Assembly: GCA_963668315.1 (NCBI GenBank)
Contig: OY764216.1
Coordinates: forward strand, 2,624,001-2,688,000
From: Spirochaetia bacterium
GTDB taxonomy: Bacteria; Spirochaetota; Spirochaetia; DSM-2461
Direction: 5' to 3'
DNA: 64,000 nt
Shown: positions 1 to 8,417 of the stretch, piece after piece
Layout: the number at the start of each line of letters is the position of its first letter
Numbering within the stretch: the stretch's first letter is position 1
The notes under the pieces: generated by a model
Database searches by the model: none
What the model saw: only the letters and a program-made list of their open reading frames with translations
Told to the model about the DNA's origin: nothing
Program-made: the position numbers and the translations under genes

Positions 1-178
1 GATGGGCTACGCGGTCGTTATAGGAGTGCATGGGAGTAATTCCCTTCAGTTCACCCACCGTTTTGTCACGGGCCACAACGGCTACCAGGGTGTCTCCCAG
101 GGCGGCCGCGTTGCGCAGAAAGTAGAGGTGTCCCCTGTGAAGAGTATCGAATGTACCAAAGACCATCACTTTTTTCAT
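1..178 (-). CDS. Cytidylyltransferase-family nucleotidyltransferase (RibL-like FAD synthase); N-terminal part only, runs off the window start
   Basis: Not in the ORF track. Manual translation from ATG at 178 gives [41 protein letters not shown], containing the GTFDxxHxGH motif and VARD. Confidence 0.8.
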   Translation of the reverse strand, partial: MKKVMVFGTFDTLHRGHLYFLRNAAALGDTLVAVVARDKTVGELKGITPMHSYNDRVAH

Positions 179-375
179 AAGTCATTATTACAACATAGAA
201 GAGGAAAAAAGTCACTACGCGGTAATATGTGTGAAAGGAGATTTCCCTATTTGTGAAAGTTATGATAAAAACAGAAAAATAATGAGTGATTTCCTTGCAA
301 TTCGATATAAACTTTCGTATATTATTTTTATAGGGTTCATTTAAAAAATGAAATATATAAAAACGGAGGTATATA

Positions 376-909
376 ATGCAGGTACTAAAAGAAGAAGTAA
401 GACAGCGGATAATCAAGTCTGCTAAAAAGGAATTCAAAAACAATGGTTTCGATAAAGCTTCCATGAGAGACATAGCCGATTCGGCAAAAATGACAGTGGG
501 TAATCTTTATCGATATTACAAAAATAAGGAAGATATGTTCGGAGCTATCGTAGGTGACCTTTACGGGGAACTTCGGGATCTCAGAAAAAATATTCCTGAG
601 GAGGAAGGACAGATAAAGTTCCTTCTGAATCGTCTCGTAGAGCTCCAGAAGGCTAATAAGGCTGAATGGCTAATCCTGTTCAATACCACAAAAGGGTCAA
701 AATATGCCCGCGTGGTAGACGACATTTACAGTCTTGTTACCGAAGCCTTGATGGAGCAGTTCGCCGAGAGAGAAGGTTTTGACGAATCCATCGCCAGACC
801 CGTTGCTTATGCTATCATAAACGGCCTTAACACCATTCTCCAGAATGAGCGGAAGTATAACGATGATGCAGCCGATCTCTTTCTGGATTATATGATCAAA
901 ACCGCTTAA
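376..909 (+). CDS. TetR/AcrR family transcriptional regulator
   Basis: N-terminal HTH (GFDKASMRDIA...VGNLYRYYKNKEDMF); GGAGG RBS upstream. Confidence 0.92.
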   Translation: MQVLKEEVRQRIIKSAKKEFKNNGFDKASMRDIADSAKMTVGNLYRYYKNKEDMFGAIVGDLYGELRDLRKNIPEEEGQIKFLLNRLVELQKANKAEWLILFNTTKGSKYARVVDDIYSLVTEALMEQFAEREGFDESIARPVAYAIINGLNTILQNERKYNDDAADLFLDYMIKTA

Positions 910-931
910 TCATCACCGTTTTTGTAATCCC

Positions 932-979
932 GATCCCGGTACTTTCTTAAAATCATGAGAAAGCCGGGATTTATTTTTT
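932..979. terminator. Hairpin between convergent tetR and ddl; probable terminator
   Basis: ATCCCGG..CTTTCT / AGAAAG.CCGGGAT stem followed by a T tract. Confidence 0.55.
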
Positions 980-2065
980 TTCAAAAAGGAGAGAGCTTTT
1001 CTCCCTGTACTCTTCCATTCCCGCTTCAAGAAGTTTCATTATCAATTCGGGGCCTTTCAGCCCATCCTTTTCGCAGAGCATGGGATACATGCTGATGCTG
1101 GTGAATCCGGGCATCGTGTTCACTTCGTTGATATAGAACCTTTCCGAATCCTTTTCGAGAAAGATATCGACCCGGGCCAGACCGTTCAGATTCAAGGCGA
1201 GATAGGCACTCTTCGCGGTCGCTTTTATCCTGTCCGACAATGCGTCATCAAGGGGAGCGGGAATCAGGAGAGCCGCTCCGTCGGGATCGATGTATTTGGC
1301 TTCATAATCATAGAAGGTGTGATGCGGGGCAATCTCCCCGGGCCCGAACACTTCCGGATCGTCCCTTCCCAGTAAGGAGCACTCTATCTCCCGGGCATTG
1401 ACGGCTTTTTCAATCAGTATCTCCCTGTCGTAAAGGAGGGCCGATTCTATACCGTTCAGAAAGGAGGCCTCGTCTTCGGCACGGGTAACTCCCACCGATG
1501 AGCCGGCACGGGAGGGCTTGATGAACAGGGGGAGCCCCAGCTTCTCGCAGCATGTCCGGTAAAAGGCATTTTTTACAAAGCCGCTCTTTTCCCACCTGTG
1601 GCGGTCCATTTTTTCGTAGGGAACGACGGGAAGACCGGCATTTTCCCATATCTCCTTGGCGCAGATTTTATCCATTCCCAGAGCACTGCTCTCCAGACCG
1701 GCCCCAGCATAGGGAATGTCCATCATTTCAAGAAGGCCCTGGAGGGTTCCGTCCTCTCCGAAGGTCCCGTGTATGACGGGGAACACGATATCGCAGGGAA
1801 CCGGCTCTCCCTTAACGGTTTGAAGTCCTATTCCGGGGATCAGTACAAGACGGTTTTCCTCTTTCTCTTCCAGGGGAAGGATGTCGGCGGGCTCCTTCGA
1901 ATACTCCTGATAATACCAGATTCCCTTCGGTGTTATGCCCACGGGATGGGGTATCAGGCCGCTTTTCTTAATATTGTGATAGATGAAGGCTCCCGATCTC
2001 AGGGATACTTCATGCTCCCCCGAACGGCCTCCGTAAATAAGGACTATGTGTTTCATACTAGCCAT
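971..2065 (-). CDS. ddl: D-alanine--D-alanine ligase
   Basis: Motifs GGRSGEHEVS, HGTFGEDGTLQG, GSSVG, FYDYEAKY and NEVNTMPGFT. Start may be 2056. Confidence 0.96.
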   Translation of the reverse strand: MASMKHIVLIYGGRSGEHEVSLRSGAFIYHNIKKSGLIPHPVGITPKGIWYYQEYSKEPADILPLEEKEENRLVLIPGIGLQTVKGEPVPCDIVFPVIHGTFGEDGTLQGLLEMMDIPYAGAGLESSALGMDKICAKEIWENAGLPVVPYEKMDRHRWEKSGFVKNAFYRTCCEKLGLPLFIKPSRAGSSVGVTRAEDEASFLNGIESALLYDREILIEKAVNAREIECSLLGRDDPEVFGPGEIAPHHTFYDYEAKYIDPDGAALLIPAPLDDALSDRIKATAKSAYLALNLNGLARVDIFLEKDSERFYINEVNTMPGFTSISMYPMLCEKDGLKGPELIMKLLEAGMEEYREKSSLLFEKK

Positions 2066-2146
2066 TATTTACCATGGTTCGGTCAAAAATACAACAAAAA
2101 TGGGGCTTTTGCGCCTTTTTTGTCAATTTTCCCCCTCTCCCGGGGT

Positions 2147-3655
2147 ATGAATGATTTCTATAACCAAAAAGTAAAAGAGCTGTTCCGCCTTGACTATCTC
2201 TATCCCTGGCAGCGGCTGGTAATCGCCGATACCCTGGAGGGCATGGGGTATTTCGGTGAGGAACTGAGAGAGGAATCGTCCGGAAGGAAACTTGTCATTC
2301 TACCCACGGGAGCGGGAAAAACCCTTTGCTTTCTCATGCCGGCCCTGCTTACCCGGGGGATTACTCTTGTCCTTTACCCCCTGCTGGCCCTTATGAACGA
2401 TCAGGCTCGGAGGCTGACCGAAGAGGGGCATCATCCCGTTGTCTTCCGGGGGGGACAAACCCGCCGGGAGAGGGAAGAGGGCTGGACCGCGCTGGCAGAA
2501 GGAAAAAGCCGGATAATCCTGTCCAATCCCGAAACGGTCGGTTCGGAGGAGTTTCTGGAGCGGCTGGCCTCTCTGCCCCTGGCTCACCTGGTAATCGATG
2601 AAGTGCACACCATTCCCCAGTGGGGTCCGTCCTTCCGCAAAGGGCTTCTGAAAACGGCGGATCTGGTGGAAAAAGGAATCTTTCCGGTGGTCTCCGCCTT
2701 TACGGCCACCGCCTCTCCCCGGGTTCAGGAGGAGATCGGCTCTCTGGTATTCGGAGGCGGAAACTACCGCAAAATCATGGCGGATCCGGACAGGCCCAAC
2801 ATTCACTACCATGTCCTCTATACCCGCTTTGTACTCACTGCGCTGGAAGAACTCTGCCTGGGGGAGGAAAAACCGATTCTTATCTTCTGCCGCACCCGTT
2901 CCCAGACAGAAGAGACGGCCCGATACCTGGAGAGAAGGATCGGCGGGAAGGGCGGAGTCGGCAGAGTCCGCTTCTACCACGCCGGTTTGGAGAAGGATGA
3001 AAAGGAGGAGGTGGAAGCCTGGTTTCTCAAGGCCGGGGGAGCCGTCCTCTGCAGCACATCGGCCTACGGAATGGGGGTGGACTGCCGCGGCCTCCGCACG
3101 GTCATCCACAGGGATCTCCCCTATTCCGTCGAGTCCTATATCCAGGAATCGGGTCGTGCGGGGAGGGGAGGAGAACTCGCCCGGGCCTTTCTTCTGGTGC
3201 CGTCGGTCCCTGAGGGAGATGAGGGGATCGCCCCCTTTATCAACCGGAGGGACAGGTGCCGCCGGGCCCTGCTGATGGAAGAGCTGGGACGGGAGAGCGG
3301 TTACTGCGGAGGATGCGATGTCTGTTCCCCGGGCCGGTATATTCCGGTCACCGAAGCCCGGGAGGAGAGGTTAATGAGAATCATGAAGCGATACTGCCCG
3401 GCATTGTCAAAGAAGGAGTGGATGGATTTTCTCAAGGGCTACGGCCGGGGTTTCTCCCGCTGCCTGACCGGATGGGGAATGCTGGGTGATATGGAGAGAG
3501 AACAGATCGCCGATGTCCTGGAATGGTATGAAAGGGAAGGGTTTATCCAGATAAAAACCCGTGGATTATGGAAAAACAGGGTTTTTGTCAAGATGCATAA
3601 AGAAAAAAGAAAATTTATTAAAGAAAAATTTGCAAAGCGCCTTAAAATGTATTAG
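2147..3655 (+). CDS. recQ: RecQ family ATP-dependent DNA helicase
   Basis: Motifs PTGAGKT, DEVH, TATA and YIQESGRAGR, plus RQC Zn cysteines (CRR...CGGCDVC). Start trimmed to MNDFY because the longer ORF overlaps ddl. Confidence 0.9.
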   Translation: MNDFYNQKVKELFRLDYLYPWQRLVIADTLEGMGYFGEELREESSGRKLVILPTGAGKTLCFLMPALLTRGITLVLYPLLALMNDQARRLTEEGHHPVVFRGGQTRREREEGWTALAEGKSRIILSNPETVGSEEFLERLASLPLAHLVIDEVHTIPQWGPSFRKGLLKTADLVEKGIFPVVSAFTATASPRVQEEIGSLVFGGGNYRKIMADPDRPNIHYHVLYTRFVLTALEELCLGEEKPILIFCRTRSQTEETARYLERRIGGKGGVGRVRFYHAGLEKDEKEEVEAWFLKAGGAVLCSTSAYGMGVDCRGLRTVIHRDLPYSVESYIQESGRAGRGGELARAFLLVPSVPEGDEGIAPFINRRDRCRRALLMEELGRESGYCGGCDVCSPGRYIPVTEAREERLMRIMKRYCPALSKKEWMDFLKGYGRGFSRCLTGWGMLGDMEREQIADVLEWYEREGFIQIKTRGLWKNRVFVKMHKEKRKFIKEKFAKRLKMY

Positions 3656-3719
3656 CTTTGAGATGTAAGGTAAAGAAAATCTTACGAAGATGTTGGATGC
3701 AGCATGTTGCTGTTTTCAT
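3642..3719 (-). CDS. Putative 25-aa small ORF (MKTATCCIQHLRKIFFTLHLKANTF)
   Basis: AGGAGAG RBS just upstream of ATG 3719; lies directly downstream of the HTH-EIIA gene on the same strand. Confidence 0.35.
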   Translation of the reverse strand: MKTATCCIQHLRKIFFTLHLKANTF

Positions 3720-3740
3720 AATCTCTCCTATTCCCCCCTT

Positions 3741-3776
3741 CCGGCTTCCATTTAATGGGAGCCGGTTTCTTTTTTT
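3741..3776 (+). terminator. Intrinsic terminator downstream of recQ
   Basis: CCGGCTTCCA-TTTAA-TGGGAGCCGG stem-loop followed by TTTCTTTTTTT. Confidence 0.6.
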
Positions 3777-4438
3777 ATAAGGAGAGTTTCCACATCTCTT
3801 TTGGTACGGCATTCGAGAAACTCCTTCACCGTACCCTTTTTGATGAGGCTGGTAATGCGGGAGAGTATTCTCAGATGAATGGTTTCGCTGCTTGTATGGA
3901 CGAGAAAGAAAAGATGAACCGGCTTATTGTCGATCGATTGAAAATCCAGTCCTTCCTTCGACATTCCCAGGACAATATGAGGCTCTCCCTGATCGTTTTC
4001 CCGGGGATTTCTTATATGGGGGATGGCGATCCCTTCGCCTATGCCGGTGGAGAGCATGTTTTCCCGGTCTTCCAGTTTGTTTAGATAGCCGTCGGGATTT
4101 TTTATGAGATCACTGTTGATCAAAGGGGCGGCCAGCTGGGAGAGAATCTCCCGGCGGTTGCCCGGGTTGAGGGGGATAACCGTATCATAGAGCATGCGTG
4201 ACAGATTGACATTGACTTCGCCCGATTCTATGAGACGGGATATATCACCCTTGACTTCGTCCTTTTCCTGCATGGATTCAAGAAGCCAGTCGTCCAGTAT
4301 GGATTTGATAAATCGCCATTGGTTTCCCACCCGGGTACAGGGTATTTTATGGGCTGCAATCATCCGCTGTATGGTCTTTTCTGCAACCTTCAGATATTCT
4401 GCTGTTTCAGCCAAAGTCAGTATCTCATCATTAATCAT
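3752..4438 (-). CDS. Excisionase-like HTH fused to a PTS EIIA (Ntr/fructose-type) domain
   Basis: N-terminal LTLAETAEYLKV...IPCTRVGNQWRF; C-terminal REnmlSTGIGEGIAIPH phospho-His motif. Confidence 0.9.
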   Translation of the reverse strand: MINDEILTLAETAEYLKVAEKTIQRMIAAHKIPCTRVGNQWRFIKSILDDWLLESMQEKDEVKGDISRLIESGEVNVNLSRMLYDTVIPLNPGNRREILSQLAAPLINSDLIKNPDGYLNKLEDRENMLSTGIGEGIAIPHIRNPRENDQGEPHIVLGMSKEGLDFQSIDNKPVHLFFLVHTSSETIHLRILSRITSLIKKGTVKEFLECRTKRDVETLLIKKETGSH

Positions 4439-4440
4439 AA

Positions 4441-4470
4441 AAGTCCTCTAATGTCCATGATCGTCCTACA
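4441..4470. promoter_or_regulatory. Three GTCC direct repeats in exact 10-bp phase; candidate operator for the HTH-EIIA protein
   Basis: aaGTCCtcta atGTCCatga tcGTCCtaca, immediately upstream of the start codon at 4438. Confidence 0.5.
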
Positions 4471-4573
4471 AAGAAATATAGGTAATAGGAGGTTTTAAGT
4501 CAATATGGAAGCGTTGCCATACTTCCCAAATAAGTCCTGTTCGGCTATACTTTCTTCAACAAAGGAGTTTTTG

Positions 4574-7500
4574 GTGGGATTTTTTCGTGTTTTTGTAGAG
4601 AAGAGAGACGGATTCGATCAGGAAGCGGTTCATTTGAAAACCGATTTTCAGGAAACCCTGGGTATTGCGGGCCTTGAGAAGGTCCGCTTGCTGAATATTT
4701 ACGATGTCGATTCCATGAATGAAGCCGACTTCCGGCAGGCGGTTGACAGTATTTTTTCCGAAAGGAATGTGGACAGGGTTCACTATGACCTGTCCGTGCC
4801 GCAGGGAGCCGTTGCGGTGGAAGCTCTGCCGGGGCAGTTCGATCAGAGAGCCGATTCGGCGGCCCAGTGCCTCAAGCTCCTCCATCCCCATTGGGACGGA
4901 CGGGTGAAAACGGGAAAACTGCTCGTCCTTGAAGGAAATATCACAGAAGCGGAACGATCCCGCATCGAGGGATATTTCATTAATCCCCTGGAAATGCGTC
5001 ATAAGGACCTCTCCATCCTGAAAATTGAAGACATCCCTGCCGATATCATACCGGTTGAAACGATTGAAAGGTTTACCCGTTGGAACGGCGAAGAAATGGA
5101 AAAATTCCGCCGCGCCCAGGGCATGGCCATGACCCACGATGATCTGGCCTTCGTCCAAACCTATTTCCGGGATACGGAGAAGCGGGATCCCACCGAGACG
5201 GAGCTTAAAGTACTGGATACCTACTGGTCGGACCATTGCCGCCACACCACTTTCGAGACGGAACTGACCGATATCAAACTTCCCCGGGGCCGTTACGAAG
5301 ACCTGTTTCAGAAAGCCTTTGACGATTATCTGACCGCCCGGGAAAATGTTCACGGCGGAAAAAAGCCCATGACTCTGATGGATATGGCTACCCTGGCCGG
5401 CAAGGAACTGCGCCGCGGGGGAAAGCTGGATGATATGGAAGTCTCCGAGGAGATTAACGCCTGCAGCGTCTTTATCGATGTGGACATCACCGAAGGGGAT
5501 GAAACCCGCATGGAGAAGTGGCTTCTCATGTTCAAGAATGAGACCCATAACCATCCTACGGAGATAGAGCCCTTCGGGGGAGCCTCCACCTGTATCGGGG
5601 GGGCCATCCGCGATCCCCTTTCCGGTCGTTCCTACGTCTACCAGGCCATGCGCCTTACCGGGGCGGGCGACCCTCGCGTTCCCATTGAGGAGACCATGGA
5701 GGGGAAACTTCCCCAGAAGGTCATAACCAAAGGCGCCGCCCGGGGCTACAGCTCCTACGGCAACCAGATCGGTCTGGCCACCAGTTTCGTCAAAGAGATT
5801 TATCATCCCGGCTACCGGGCCAAGAGAATGGAAGTGGGAGCCGTCGTCGGTGCCGTTCCCGCCGACTGGGTCAGAAGGGAAACTCCCCGGCCCGGTGATG
5901 TGGTCATACTTCTGGGAGGCAAGACGGGCCGTGACGGCTGCGGCGGCGCCACCGGTTCCAGCAAGGCCCACACGACGGAATCGCTGGAGACATGCGGTGC
6001 CGAAGTGCAGAAGGGCAACGCTCCGGAGGAAAGAAAGATTCAGCGTCTCTTCCGGAATCCCGAGGTAACCTCCCTCATTAAAAAGTGTAACGACTTCGGT
6101 GCCGGCGGCGTGTCCGTGGCTATCGGAGAGCTGAGCGACGGCCTGGATATCCGGCTCGACCGGGTCCCCGTTAAATATCTCGGACTGAACGGTACGGAAC
6201 TGGCCATAAGCGAATCTCAGGAAAGAATGGCCGTCGTCGTGGAGAAGAAGGACCGGGAGGCTTTTCTCTCCCTGGCCGATAAGGAGAATCTGGAGGCGGT
6301 GGAGGTGGCTGTCGTCACCGATGACAACCGCCTGCGCATGACCTGGAGGGACAGGGAAATCGTCAATATCGACAGGGCTTTTCTCGATACAAACGGTGTG
6401 AGATCCGAAGCGTCCGTCAAGGTCGTACTGGACGATAAGGGCGCCGATCCCTTTGCCAGAAGTCCCGAAGGAGCCGACGGAGGGGAGAAATTCCTCAACC
6501 ATCTGGCCTCCCTGGAAGTGGCTTCCCAGAAGGGTCTTGTGGAGATGTTTGACTCCACCATCGGGGCCGGTACGGTTCTCATGCCCTACGGGGGAAAGAA
6601 CCAGCTCTCCGAGAGCGAATGTTCCGTTCATAAGCTGCCCCTGCTCAAGGGAAGCACCGATACGGCCAGTTTCATATCCTGCGGCTACAATCCGGATATC
6701 TCCAGCTGGAGTCCCTTCCATGGGGCCGCCTGGGCTGTGGCGGAATCCCTGACCCGTCTGGTGGCTGCGGGCGGGAAATGGAGGGAGACGAGGTTTTCCT
6801 TCCAGGAGTATTTCCGCCGTCTGGGAGATGACCCTGAGAACTGGGGCCTCCCCTTCGCCGCCCTATTGGGGGCTCTGAAAATCCAGAGGGACCTGGAACT
6901 CCCCGCCATCGGCGGTAAGGACAGCATGTCCGGCTCCTTCGGCGAACTGAATGTTCCCCCCACGCTTATCTCCTTTGCCGTTACGACCGGTAAGGCTTCC
7001 CAAACGGTCTCCACCGATTTCAAAGGGGCCGGTCATCGGCTCTACCTCCTGAAGAATATTCCCGACGGAGACAATATGCCCCGTTCCTCTGAAATGGGGG
7101 TTCTTTTCGATACCCTCCAGAGCTGGATTGAGGGGGGTGTCATTCTCTCCGCCCAGTCGCTGAAGGCCGGAGGAGCGGCTGAGGCCCTTTTCAAGGGCGC
7201 CGTCGGTAACGGAATCGGTGTGAAGGTCACCGCTCTGGTACCGGAAGAGCTTTATGCCCTGTCCTACGGTTCTTTTATTCTGGAGACCGAGGAAACCCTG
7301 TCCCTGGAAGGAACAGGCCTTGATGCCGGACACCTTGTGGAGATCGGAGCAACCGAAGACTCTTCCCGCCTTACCCTGTCCCATGGGAATCAGGTCCTTT
7401 TCGACCTCTCCCTGGATGAGTGTATCAACCGCTGGACCGGCGTTCTGCAGCATGTCTTTGAGGACCTGACGTCCGACGGCGGTGAAACTCTGTCGCCCCG

Positions 7501-8347
7501 GGATTACACCGGAGGAGCGGCTGTAAAATCCGCCGGTCTTTCGCTCAAAGCCAAGCCAAGGGTCATCATACCCGTATTCCCCGGTACCAACTGCGAGTAC
7601 GACACGTTCCGGGCCTTCGAAAAAGCCGGGGCCGCCGGGGAGATCCTCCTTTTCAGGAATCGGACGGCCAGTCAGATAGAGGAGTCTCTCGACCGGCTTG
7701 TCAGAGAACTGGACAACAGCCAGCTCCTCATGCTTTCCGGTGGATTTTCCGCCGGTGACGAGCCGGAAGGGTCGGGAAAATTCATCGCCAATATTCTTTC
7801 CAACAGCGCGGTGAGCGATGCGGTTCACCGGCTTCTGGACAGGGACGGCCTGATTCTGGGAATCTGCAACGGTTTCCAGGCTCTGGTGAAGAGCGGTCTT
7901 CTGCCCCATGGCAGGATCACCCCCCAGAAGGAGGATTCCCCCACCCTGACTTACAACAATATCGGACGGCACGTCTCCCGCATGGCGACTCTCAGGGTGG
8001 CTTCCAACCTCTCTCCCTGGCTCTCCCGCATGGAAGTGGGAGATCTCCATAATGTGGCATTGTCCCACGGGGAGGGTAAGTTTTACGCCGAACCGGATGT
8101 TATGGAGAGCCTCGTGGCGGGCGGTCAGGTCTGTTTTCAGTATGCCGACGGCGATGGCCGTCCCACCATGGACCGCCGGTTTAATCCCAACGGTTCGGTC
8201 AATGGCGTGGAGGGAATCTGCTCTCCCGACGGCCGGGTTCTTGGCAAGATGGGGCATTCCGAGCGTTACGGAGAAAATCTCTTCCGGAATATCCCGGGCG
8301 AGAAGAACCAGCCACTCTTCGACGGAGGCGTGGGATACTTCCTCTAG
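4574..8347 (+). CDS. purL: Phosphoribosylformylglycinamidine synthase, large fused (Firmicutes-type) form
   Basis: Motifs YWSDHCRH, KNETHNHPTEIEP, DFGAGG, SESQERM, FPGTNCE, GICNGFQ and GKMGHSER. GTG start follows an AAGGAG RBS. Confidence 0.96.
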   Translation: MGFFRVFVEKRDGFDQEAVHLKTDFQETLGIAGLEKVRLLNIYDVDSMNEADFRQAVDSIFSERNVDRVHYDLSVPQGAVAVEALPGQFDQRADSAAQCLKLLHPHWDGRVKTGKLLVLEGNITEAERSRIEGYFINPLEMRHKDLSILKIEDIPADIIPVETIERFTRWNGEEMEKFRRAQGMAMTHDDLAFVQTYFRDTEKRDPTETELKVLDTYWSDHCRHTTFETELTDIKLPRGRYEDLFQKAFDDYLTARENVHGGKKPMTLMDMATLAGKELRRGGKLDDMEVSEEINACSVFIDVDITEGDETRMEKWLLMFKNETHNHPTEIEPFGGASTCIGGAIRDPLSGRSYVYQAMRLTGAGDPRVPIEETMEGKLPQKVITKGAARGYSSYGNQIGLATSFVKEIYHPGYRAKRMEVGAVVGAVPADWVRRETPRPGDVVILLGGKTGRDGCGGATGSSKAHTTESLETCGAEVQKGNAPEERKIQRLFRNPEVTSLIKKCNDFGAGGVSVAIGELSDGLDIRLDRVPVKYLGLNGTELAISESQERMAVVVEKKDREAFLSLADKENLEAVEVAVVTDDNRLRMTWRDREIVNIDRAFLDTNGVRSEASVKVVLDDKGADPFARSPEGADGGEKFLNHLASLEVASQKGLVEMFDSTIGAGTVLMPYGGKNQLSESECSVHKLPLLKGSTDTASFISCGYNPDISSWSPFHGAAWAVAESLTRLVAAGGKWRETRFSFQEYFRRLGDDPENWGLPFAALLGALKIQRDLELPAIGGKDSMSGSFGELNVPPTLISFAVTTGKASQTVSTDFKGAGHRLYLLKNIPDGDNMPRSSEMGVLFDTLQSWIEGGVILSAQSLKAGGAAEALFKGAVGNGIGVKVTALVPEELYALSYGSFILETEETLSLEGTGLDAGHLVEIGATEDSSRLTLSHGNQVLFDLSLDECINRWTGVLQHVFEDLTSDGGETLSPRDYTGGAAVKSAGLSLKAKPRVIIPVFPGTNCEYDTFRAFEKAGAAGEILLFRNRTASQIEESLDRLVRELDNSQLLMLSGGFSAGDEPEGSGKFIANILSNSAVSDAVHRLLDRDGLILGICNGFQALVKSGLLPHGRITPQKEDSPTLTYNNIGRHVSRMATLRVASNLSPWLSRMEVGDLHNVALSHGEGKFYAEPDVMESLVAGGQVCFQYADGDGRPTMDRRFNPNGSVNGVEGICSPDGRVLGKMGHSERYGENLFRNIPGEKNQPLFDGGVGYFL

Positions 8348-8357
8348 GAAGCTATTG

Positions 8358-8388
8358 AAAGGGGCTCCCCATGGGGAGCCCTTTTTTT
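8358..8388 (+). terminator. Intrinsic terminator after purL
   Basis: GGGCTCCCC-AT-GGGGAGCCC followed by TTTTTTT. Confidence 0.85.
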
Positions 8389-8417
8389 CGGGCGGTGATT
8401 CTTTTTCTGAGGTTTTG

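Noticed and set aside
1598..2146. Extended N-termini in the ORF track for recQ (also for murG, katG and the DUF4382 lipoprotein)
   Set aside because: They overlap neighbouring genes or the IS; recognisable domains start at the downstream ATGs used here.
4556..8257. Long antisense ORFs opposite purL (721 and 464 aa), and similar ones opposite the SprA-like gene, thrS, katG and polB
   Set aside because: Shadow frames expected in GC-rich coding DNA. They have no motifs and fully overlap well-supported genes.
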